This document shows positions 37,258 to 49,200 of a stretch of 64,000 bases of DNA, in pieces; position 1 is the first letter of the stretch; each line of letters starts with the position of its first letter. The notes under the pieces are model-generated. The model worked only from the letters and a program-made list of their open reading frames with translations, searched no databases and was not told the DNA's origin. The position numbers were made by a program, and so were the translations under genes. This DNA comes from Ruditapes philippinarum (lineage: Eukaryota): the NCBI RefSeq assembly GCF_026571515.1, contig NW_026852039.1, forward strand, positions 124,001 through 188,000, read 5' to 3'.

Positions 37258-40200
37258 TTATTCATAGTATACAGCAGATATATCATAAAATCCTTTCTCT
37301 GGCATTTTATTCACGTCTGTGTTGAGATATTTCACAAATCGTAATGTTTCCTGGTCTCTGTACACCAAGGCAAGAGAATTCTGTTGTGGTGTCACTGTCA
37401 ATAGCTATAGTAATAAAAAAAATTTTTTTTTAAATTAAGTTAATAATATTCATTTGATCAAAAGTTTTGAAATTTATTTCAATGAAAGACTTGGCAGTAC
37501 TAATATTGCCTTAATGTATCTCATCATGAATAAAATAATTTCTGGTAAATTATTGTCTTCAATCATTGTAGAGAATATTAAAAGTGCTGTTCTAGATGGT
37601 TGTACATTTCCTAGTCTAAAATATAGCATAAATTTACTTTATCTCTAATGATTAAAATACTAGATCTAAAATAATTATAGTAAGTCCATACATTAACAAC
37701 AGAAATCAATGAAAAACCAAGGAAAAAGTCTTGCTGTTATGAAACGCTATAAAAAATTGTCTTCAATTATTGTACATAGTGAATATTAAAAGTGCTATTC
37801 TGGAGGATTATACACCTAAAGTTGATTGTGTAAAGTTGTATCTCCTTGAGCCTGTAGAGTGTAATACAACTACAATTATATACAATCAATGAGAGCTATA
37901 TAATCAAAACATAAATGCACACAAATGTACCTTTTATTTTTTAAAAATCTGAAAAAAACTTAATCAAGCTTAAATGAGCCGCGTCACGACAAAACCAACA
38001 TAATGGGTTTGGGACCAGCAAGGATCCAGACCAGCCTGTGCATCTGTGCAGTCTGATCATGATCCATGCTGTTCGCTATAAGTTTCTCTACTTGTAATAG
38101 AGTTGGTAAGCGAACAGCATGGATCCCGTTCAGACTAGACTGCGTGGATGCGCAGACTGGTCTGGATCCATGCTGGTCGCAAACGCACTATGTTGGTTTT
38201 GTCGTGACGCGGCTCAAATGTATATTTTGTAATTTTATTTCTTACCTCCTCATCTTCACCTTTGGCAATATAAGATGTAAATCCTCCATAATCCATTTCC
38301 CAGTCTAAAATATAGCATAAATTCACTATATCTCTATATGATCAATATACTAAATCTAAAATAATGATAGTAAGCGCATAAGATAAATAAACTAAAGAAA
38401 TCAATTCAACCAATGAACAAATATTGCTGTTACAAAATGCTACTATATGTGGTTTGAGTAAATCAGACAACACTTTTTTGTATCTATCTGAAGTACAAGG
38501 GTTGTCCCAAAATGTTGTAGACAATGTTACTCTCAATTGAACCCTATGCCACTTCTGAAGAAAATTTATTTGTTTTCTTCATGATTTTTTTCCATTCATA
38601 TTAAGAATTAAAAAGCCAATATCTAAAATATCACATTGTATGATGTTAAAATCATAAACAGTAAAACTAACCTGGCACACGATACAAAATTACTGAATGT
38701 TGTTAGTAAGCTACCTGATTACAAGCTTTTTATTCTGAATATGATTCTTATAATTACATGTATATGAAAAACTTTCATGTTGACTGACAGAATTCATGAT
38801 GGCCTCATTTAACCTTTAACTGAATCAATACATTGTGTTATATCTGATAAAGTGACTGTCTTTGTCTATGACATTTTGGAACAGCCGTCGTATGTGATCA
38901 AATGTGAAATACCTGGTATTTAACCATATACATTAAATTACCATCATGATACAATAGGTCACAGTGAGTAAAACAAGAAAAATTTCTATAAATTAGGCTG
39001 GTATTGACCTCTTACTTCATACAAATTTTCATGAAATGATTCCTAGAAATCTAACAAGGTCCGATGAAAATTGTTGAAAAAAAAAACATACTTTAAATGA
39101 AGAAAATTTCAACAACATATATCTTTATACCTATGAAAGAGTTAAAGAAAAAAATATACACAAGTAAAAATTAACCAGATGGTGCATTCTCTAGAAAGAG
39201 GAAGATATACCTTGACAACCCAGATAAAACATAACATCAAGAGCAAACTGTGACCCCTCGGTGTCAGTGTCATGTACCAGGGTATAACATTTATGATTCC
39301 AGTGTCTTACTTCAGCCCGGCACTTGGCAGTACAGGATGTGTCTGAAATGTCAGAAAATTATGTCATTGCTTTATGTTCTAATAAAAGGTTTCCTGATTT
39401 GGTGGTCATTTATGTAAATTGTAACTAGGATGTTTGATATATTTATTTACCCTAATACTTATAGTTTGTATATACATGTTTGTATGCTTACAGTAGAACC
39501 ATTTTAAAATCTTTTTAATTTTTTTTCCAATGGAAATCTTAGAATATAGTCATTTTTAAAACTATGCATATGAATATAGGCAAATAAGTTTGGGAGAACG
39601 CTAAACAATTCAGGGACAAAATCAGACTTACAAAATTTATTATAACACCAGAACTTAGACAGATCAGTTACACAGTCTTATCAAAATGTATACTGTTTGT
39701 AGTTTAGTTTCTCGAAATACCTTACAATGATTGGACAGTTATAAATATATTCAAAGCAGGACAATTTCACAACACATTATTATTGGCAAGTTACTGATTT
39801 AATAAACATGTTATAATCTCACTGTTCTGCCTTAATTAAGACATAAGTAACATGGCAATTAAAAATTAGTTTAAAATTATATAAGTGCACCTTTATCTTT
39901 TGTATTGCTAGCACTATTACTGGTGGAAGTATCCCCATTATCCTCTTCTGTTTCTGTTGTCTTTGTTCTTGATTTTGCAGATGAAGACCCCTGTGATTCA
40001 GGATTAGATTCCTCATTTTCTACTTCAGACTCGGATTCAGAACTGCCTCCAGCCAACTCATGCAGTTTAAGGCCGGACATATTTGACAACAATAGAAACA
40101 TGGCATCTGATTTGAACAGATCGATACATGTCTGAACAATGTCTGGTAATCTAGTGTCGTCTGCCTGATTGTAGCACCTGTTGAACAGAAATATGTATCC

Positions 40201-43200
40201 AAGATCAAACTAATATAGGAAAATGAAAAAATAAAATCTACTTTCAAGATTTTGTTGCATGTTGTTTGGTTTAAACATATATACTGAAACTTAATTGTGT
40301 AACTTTTATGAATCATGTTTGTGTCCACTTCCTGGAGCTAACCAATTCTGGTGTCACATGTAGAAGCATGCTCAATACCCAAAGGATTTAACTCAATACA
40401 GTGTTGGAGCAGAACCTCTAGACACTTACAGAAATCATGATCACAAAATAGACAAATACTACTTTTTTTTTGCTGATTTTTACATTTTTATATATAAGCA
40501 GTAAATCGATTTAAAGTGATGAATTAGGAGTCTTTAAATCGATTTTGATGGATGAAAAGGCAAGATTTTAGCATTTAATCATTCAAGCACCTGGTTCGGT
40601 ATAAACCGGAATACTGTATTAGTGTGGTGCTCCAATCCTTTTTTCAGTCTTTCTCAGACCCAAATAGGGCTCCAACCCTTAGTTCACTCTGATTGAGCAG
40701 CAAACATTCTAACCACTAGACCACTGCTTCTAAGATTTTATTATTCAACAGTACAAATCTAACAGTACAAGTGATTTTTGGTGTTTTTGCCATTTTTTCT
40801 TAAATTTTAATATACATGTATTTGTATTTTACAAATTCTCTACAACAGATACCTTTTGTTAGATGGTCCTACTTTTTTCCAGCACATTTTGGAAGATTTC
40901 AAAGCCTCTAAAAGAGCTTCATACTTGTCTTTCTGAAACAGAGTATTTAGCTCATGATCATTTTATTAATGAACTTTATAAGCAATGTACTTGTATTTAC
41001 TTTCAGGTTTTAATCATTTGAGTATCAATGAACATATAATATAACTATCATATATATAATGTACCTCACTTTTTAAAACAACATATTGTGAAATGTGAAA
41101 TTAAAAAGATAACAACATGGGTTACCGGTACATTTAAAATATGTTGCTGCCATATAACAATAGTAAATAAATTTCATGTCAAAGTAAAATGAAGCACAAT
41201 ACCTGAAGAAAATCTTGTAATTCAATTTCAGATTCATTTTCAAATTTCTCTTGAATACTGCCCTGAGCACCAACACTCAGATATACTGGGTTTATCCAGT
41301 CAAAGAATATATCATCCTGAAAAAGTATCAATGAAAAATGAATCTACAAGATTCTATTTCAAGCAAATTGAATAAACATGGGAATAAAAAAACCTCTTTG
41401 GTCTGCTTTCTAGAACTAACCAGTACCGGTGTCCTATTAGGAAACATGTTCATTACCCCAGTAAGGCTTGAACCCACAGCTCTTGGATTGTAAGGCAAAC
41501 ACCTTAACCACTAGGACACCACTCCCTTTAACTGGCTGTCACTTCCCATGACAAAGACGTTGTAAACTCAACTAAACAGTTTGAAAATGTTTATCTGTTG
41601 GACAATAAGACAGTAAGACAAACTTTTTCAGTCAAATACAGTTAACAGTTCAAACCATAAGCTTGAATACAACATAAAATCACTAAATGGAATTACTCAA
41701 GATCTAACCATTAAAAATGACTTGCTTTGGCCAATGGTTTAAAGACCAGTTTGACCAGACTCCATACTGATGACTTCTCAATTTTAGCTTTTAATTTTTT
41801 TAAAACACATTTCAAAATTTCAAAAAAGGGGGAATCCCCAGTAAAGCTTATACATTTAAAAGTTCTATTTTAAAATTTTTTATAAAGAAAAAACATAAAA
41901 AAATTTATTTTCTCTAAAAATTAGATAACTTCTACAACATCTATAGAGCCATATGATAAGTTGGGGGGGTTTTCTAATAAGACGGGTCTCTGTATGGACA
42001 TGAAAAAAACCCACTGATTAAAATTTTTTTTCTTTTAAAAAAATTTTCCCTTTTCATGGGAATATTTAAACTTCAATTTTTTTTAAACCCAAATTTTCCT
42101 TTTTCCCAAAATTATTTAAAAATTTTTTTCAATATTTACCATACCAAATTTTGCATATCTTATGTCTTACAAAATTCAATTCAATATCATGTCTTACAAA
42201 ATGGTCTTACAAATGGTTTCATGGAAAATATTTCATGTCTTAAAAACTGGTTTCATTGGCAATATTTAATGTCTTACAAACTGGTTTTATTGGCAATATT
42301 TAATGTCTTACAAACTGGTTACATTGGCAATATTTCATGTCTTACAAACTGGTTTCATTACCAATATTTCATGTCTTACAAACTGGTTTCATTACCAATA
42401 TTTAATGTCTTACAAACTGGTTTCATTGGCAATATTTAATGTCTTACAAACTGGTTTCATTGGCAATATTTCATGTCTTACAAATTGGTTTCATGGGCAA
42501 TATTTCATGTCTTACAAACTGGTTTCATTGGCAATATTTCATGTCTTACAAACTGGTTTCATTGGCAATATTCCATGTCTTACAAACTGGTTTCATTGGC
42601 AATATTTCATGTCTTACAAACTGGTTTTATTAGCAATATTTCATGTCTTACAAAATGGTTTCATTGGCAATATTTCATGTCTTACAAACTGGTTTCATGG
42701 GCAATATTTAATGTCTTACTTAGTGGTTTCATTGGCAAAATTTCATGTCTTACAAACTGGTTTCATTGACAATATTATTTGTCTTACAAACTGGTTTCAT
42801 TGGCAATATTTCATGTCTTACAAACTGGTTTCATGGACAATATCTAATGTCTTACAAACTGGTTTCATTGGCAATATTCCATGTCTTACAAACTGGTTTC
42901 ATTGGCAATATTTCATGTCTTACAAACTGGTTTCATGGACAATATTTAATGTCTTACCAAGTGGTTTCATTGGCAATATTTCATGTCTTACAAACTGGTT
43001 TTATTGGCAATATTTCATGTTCATTGGCAACATTTCATGTCTTACAAACTGGTTTTATTGGCAATATTTCATGTTCATTGGCAATATTTCATGTCTAACA
43101 AACTTGTTTTATTGGCAATTTTTCATGTTCATTGGCAATATTTCATGTCTTACAAACTGGTTTCATGGGCAATATTTAATGTCTTTACTGAGTGGTTTCA

Positions 43201-46200
43201 TGGGCAATATTTAATGTTTTACTTAGTGGTTTCATGGGCAATATTTAATGTCTTTACTAAGTGGTTTCATGGGCAATATTTATGAACATACTATAAAAGT
43301 GGTTTTATGGGCAATATTTATGAAGATACTATAAAGTCAAACTTTTTAATAGCCACTGAAGCAATATAAATGAATAAGTTTAGTAAATAAAATCATGCAA
43401 AAGGTGCTTATTTAATCATTTATTTGAAGCAAAAAAGTTTATGATCAGTGTTTCTGCCAGAGCGCGTTTTTGGCGCACTATTTTCGGCCATGACGCAATG
43501 AATTTTAGTTAGTGCGTATTTTGTGACGCAAGAATTTCACCGTCGCTGATTTCAACACGAGTCAGATATACAGAAATAAAATGTACGGAATGTTTATCGT
43601 GGGCTCCACTATATAATTTTAATGAGAAATGAAATTTACCGGGTCCGTGGTCCGGCATTTAGCCAATTTCAACTAGTTAATAAACGCTTTCATTTATACG
43701 ATACTGCATATATTGAAAGCGCCCAGACAAAATTATTTATTTTGTTGTCGTCATATTCCGCAAACGAATTAACTGTCTGCTGGAAAATGCCGTCTGCTCT
43801 AAAATAGTGGAGATTGACCAATTTCTTTACGAAAATTACACAAAATATTGTTGTCCATGACCATCAAGAAGTATCATATAAAAAAATGTTGACAATGACC
43901 CTAATTCCCCGAAAGAAAAACAATCCATTATATACTCAACATCACTAATTCCGCGTCATCACTTAATTCACGGTAATGGCATATTTTCAAACGACCGGTG
44001 TTAAACTTGGTCAGAATTGACATATTTTATTCATACACCAAAGCTTTTGTGCAAAAAAAAATAAATCTCAAGATTTTTATGTAAAACACAACAACATTTT
44101 ACAGATTTCTGCCAAAAGCAACAATAGTCCGTTAACTTTGTGCATACGTCTGAAAGAATCATCATTTTCTAAATGTTCTTGTTTGTTGAAAAAATAAATT
44201 TTGAGTTACAAAGTAAGGATAATGTTAACATTTAAAATCAAGCAAAATAACATGTAGAAATTTCAACTGAAGCATGAAAAACATGAAATGTAACACCATT
44301 ACCGCGATTTAAATGATGACATACTATTTTCAAAATAGCCGCCATATGGTCTACGTATGGTCCATTAACATTGACATGCCTGAATATAATGTTGTTTCCT
44401 TGTGCCATTACAGCAGAAAATACCTAGATATGATATAGATAAATATATGTTATTGCTTATGACAATTTTTGTACCATAAGATTCATCTGTTGTTTTCTTT
44501 CTGGTTTCAAAGCATTAAGTACCGTGAACTAAGAGGAGCACAGTATAAATGGTGTAATTTTGTTGATGATATATACAGGTGAATAAATTGACAAAAAAAT
44601 TGAAATAACTATTTAAAAATATAATACAAAAACAAGTATTTAACAATATTTTTATTCACATATAGTTGGACTACATGATGGTACATAAATGTTCTCTGGC
44701 AAGAAGTAAAGTGCCTTAGTCCTTAGAAAATAAAACTTATAAAGTGTTACCTGTTGTTTTTTTACATTTTTGTTAAATTTATTGGCATGACCCTTATGAA
44801 TTTGAAATGACCCCTAAAATATCATACAGGGGTTCATAAAAGACCCTCAGAAAATCAGAGCTGGCAGAAACACTGTATGATTCAGGTAAACAGGTACATT
44901 GTACTTCCTTGTTCAATGCCTAAATAATGATATGCCTTTTGGTAACAATCTATTTGCAAGTGATACTATAAATGTATAATTATAATCATTACATAATCTT
45001 ACCTGGTGATAGGAGCCAGGTGTCACTTCAAAAAATACAAAATTATTTCTCACTGGTAGAATAGATTTCACCACTTCATTTGGCTGTATATTTTCTGCAA
45101 TACAACGATGAATATCAAAACAATGTTATAAGGATAGCAAAAATAAGAACATATTTGATCCGCATCATGACAAAACCAACATAGTACGTTTGCTACCAGA
45201 ATGGATCCAGACCAGCCTGCGCATCCGCGCAGTCTGATCAGGATCCATGCTGTTCGCTTACCAACTCTATTACAAGTAGAGAAACTGATAGCGAACAGCA
45301 TGGATCCTTACCAGACTGCGCGGATGCGCATGCTGGTCTGGATCCATGCTGGTCGCAAACCCATTATGTTGGTTTTGTCGTGACATGGCTCATTTTTCTT
45401 TTAAGATATGTGTTACCTTCACCTTTAAGCTAGCTATAAGCCTTAGTTATGCATAACACACATCAGCTTAATGTACAAAACATTTATGAATAACTTATTT
45501 TAAAATATGTCTACTGATGATAAAAAGTAGTGTTCTAGACATTACCATTTCTTCATAATCATATTATGACTTTGTAGGTACAAGTTTGACCTTGATCTTT
45601 TGGGTTAGAGACCTGTGTCTTACCGGTGATGCAATATCGTCATGTTAAACACACTTTTGCCATGTTATTTCAAAAAATCCATCCAGGAATGACAGATTTG
45701 TGGAACAAACAGAACTTTCAATGTACATTTTGTACTTTAATGAAAACTTCCTTTCAAGTCTAAGTGTGGCCTTGTTTGGCCAACAAACCTTGAACTGACA
45801 TTTGACACATCATCTCAATGTGCTATTTCAAAATCCATCCATGAATAACAAAGTTATGGCCCTGGCAGAAAGTGGACAGAAAAATATGTGGCTACACTTT
45901 TGTTCTCCTTATTGTGTTTTAGTCAGGTAAGAGAAAATAAGGCCACATAAGGGCTTACTGATCCAATAGCATCAAAAGCATAAAAAAATGTTTACTGTTA
46001 CATTTGCTCTGGTAACCACCTAGGTATCCTATGCCAACCTTTGGGGCAAACAGAGAGATAAATCCACACATTTTATAATAAGAAGCACAAACGGACAAGG
46101 CTTTCATTAAATGATGCCCCTTCTCCCATTATTTTATGGCAAGGGAATATAAAGTTAACATTTTAAAATATATTCATGAAATTTATTGAAAACATTCAGC

Positions 46201-49200
46201 ATACCATCAACATTAAAGAGATCCAAACATCCACCATCTTCCTGTGACCAAGAATCGACCAGATAATAAATGTACGCTATTCTCCGCCCCTCAAGCTCAT
46301 CATCATGACATAACAAGGTATCTAAAATACATCAATCTATATACACATATAGTTTATTATTATAACATAATATTGGAAACACACAGAAAACAATATTTTT
46401 TCCACATCTTTTTTATTTACATGTATTATTCAATAAATGACATGACTATGAGAAGTGTAATAACACTTCATCTGTCTCAGTATTATTTCAGTCTTAAACA
46501 TATATCAGACAAAACTAGCTCTACTTACAGTCCTTAAACATACAAGAAATATAACTGTAAGGGAAAAATGCATTAAACTGGAAATAAATCTCACTTCCAA
46601 TTTATGCAATGCATAAACCTTAACCATTCATAAAATGTTGATAAATGCATTAATTACTGTAACAATGAAGGGATAAAATATCTAAGAACCAACCTGTATG
46701 TACATATTGAGCACAAAATGCATCTATTGTTTCATTCAGTGTTATACCAGTCACCTGTATCAACCAGTCTCTAAATGTGTCACATAACATTTTCCTGTAA
46801 TAAAACATAAAATGTATACATTATTTCTTATTCAAAAAGGATTGTTTACCTGAATTCCTTATGTCATTATGTTTTTCTAACTATTACATCTTGTGCTCAA
46901 GTAGACCATTTCTTTCCATTACTGGTATTAATTGATAGTCATTGTAACAATAAGCTCTGCATGTAAAATACTGCCAAATTTATTTATTTATATTATCATT
47001 TATATATTTATGAAAATCACAATAAGGGTGTGGCTCAACACATATTTGCATTCAAACAAATAAATGATGTAAAATGACAAGTCAGTACAATATTAATCTA
47101 AAATGTTATTGTTTAAAAAAATACTATCTAGGAAAATATGTCAAGTTTTAACTTACAGAAACTTATAAAAAACTGTATTTACACGATATATATCATATTT
47201 ACCTGAAGGACATTATATTTTCAGTTTTTGCAGTTTTCAGATCTTCAGTGCTCTGAAATAAAGGCACTATGACTGTGATAACTTTTTGCTACCTTAAGAA
47301 TGTACTGGGGTATCTTTTAACAAATGGTCTAGTAAAACATATCAACAATATAAATTAAATAGTCTCTTAATAAGTAAATTAGTCAATTAATTTATCAGTT
47401 AATTTCTTGTAATAATTATATAAAAAATAGGCTAAAAGACTTGCAATTAAAAAATAAATCATAATCAGACCTTGTACCCTGTAAATAACTAATAATACTT
47501 TGTCAATATCAATATTAAAAAGACTTCATTGCTTTTATTGTATCAGATCTGATAGATAGTTACTGATCATAAAATTTGATAAACTATAATCGTAAAACAT
47601 CACAGGTAACATAGCAAGCTGTCTAACATATCTGTTCAATTTCGACTTTATTCATTTACCTGGTGAAATTTGTAGAGGTCATTATTTTTCTCAGAGAATT
47701 CAAGATCTAACAATTCATCTTGTAATCCTTCAACAGTTTCCTGATCCTTCAGAAAGTTTGGTACAACACAATGTCGGAAAGGTTTGTGACAGACCTCAAC
47801 ACATGATGACTCTGAAATTTAGTAATTGCCTACAATGTATCATTCAACTTATTCAACTGCTTATTAATATATTACCACATTACAAGTATATGAGTATGAC
47901 TGTTATTCATTTGATTCTATTACACTAAAATTGTTTGCATGGAAATTGAATGTCAGGCCTTGACATAAGCGTAGTCCAATGGTCTATTAGACCCCTGGAT
48001 TTTGAAGTAGACCATTTGATTTTCTAAGCATCTAGTCTGTCAGACCACTTCATTTTACTTGTTGATGTCTTTTGCATTTTTTTTTCTCAATTAAATGAGA
48101 AAGGAATCATCACAACTCCACAATGTTATTAATACACTCTTATTAACATAAATCATTAAAAAAAATAGTATCTGATTGAATAAACTAAAAATATGTCCCT
48201 CCACATTCCTCTGTTTTGTCAGTCTTGAGATGGACAGCACAGCGTAATAGCCAGACACTGTGATAACAGGACAGCATAATAGCCAGACACTGTGATAACA
48301 GGACAGCATAATAGCCAGACACTGTGATAACAGGACAGCATAATAGCCAGACACTGTGATAACAGGACAGCGAGGCAAACTGAAAGATGGAGGACAAACT
48401 GACTTCTATAATCAAGTGGTCATACTGACAAGTTGCTCAAGAAGTATTAAGTGTCAAAGCCTGATTACAACAATTTTACACCTGTTTTTTAAACCTTGAT
48501 ATTTAATTTTTTAATGTCATACCTCAAGATTAGTAAGCTGAAAATAGTAAATTTGAAAGCTTTCATCATTAAAGACATAAAGTATGGATAACAAAACACA
48601 TTATGAAAATATGTAATTTGCTTATTTATTTATAAATTTTTAAGTGAGAGCCATCTAGTTTTGAATAATAAAAATCATGCATTTTCCTTAGTATGAAAGT
48701 AAGCAAAGTCTATGAATGGCTAAGTCAGAGAAAAACATTCTTAATTTTATATTTTTGTTTTAACAGTGTCGTCCAGTATTTCATTACTATGTTATCGGAA
48801 TATCCTAGCATTTATCATTGAGTTACATTAAAGATTATGGCGCCCAACTAAAAAAGATACTGAAAATTTGACTGATGGGTAGAGAATTTTATATTTTTTT
48901 AATTGTTTTTTATTTGATTTCCTTTTAAATATACACATATAGTTTATAGCCGGGCAATCAAAAGCCCAGGCTTACAGCCTTTGACTTCCCGTACAGTATT
49001 TATAGGTGGCGTGGTAGCTCAGTTGGTTAAACCACTGATTATCACTCCTGAGGTCCCGGGTTCGATCCTGGGTTACACCCTTGGGATTTTTCAGAGACAC
49101 TTTCAGAGTTTCCCACCTACCTAGAGGTGTACTGGTAAGAAATCCAGGTAATCCTCACATGTATCAGTGCTATACACGTTAATCTTATACACTGGGCATG

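Noticed and set aside
42056-43285. 303-aa and overlapping repetitive ORFs
   Set aside because: They are translations of a 34-bp minisatellite, open in several frames, on the strand opposite OGFOD1 and inside its intron.
48235-48371. CRISPR-like 32-bp repeats
   Set aside because: The units are contiguous with no unique spacers, no cas genes are present and the context is eukaryotic.
49007-49080. Possible tRNA gene
   Set aside because: The anticodon stem does not pair, the acceptor stem is mismatched and the sequence continues into a SINE body.
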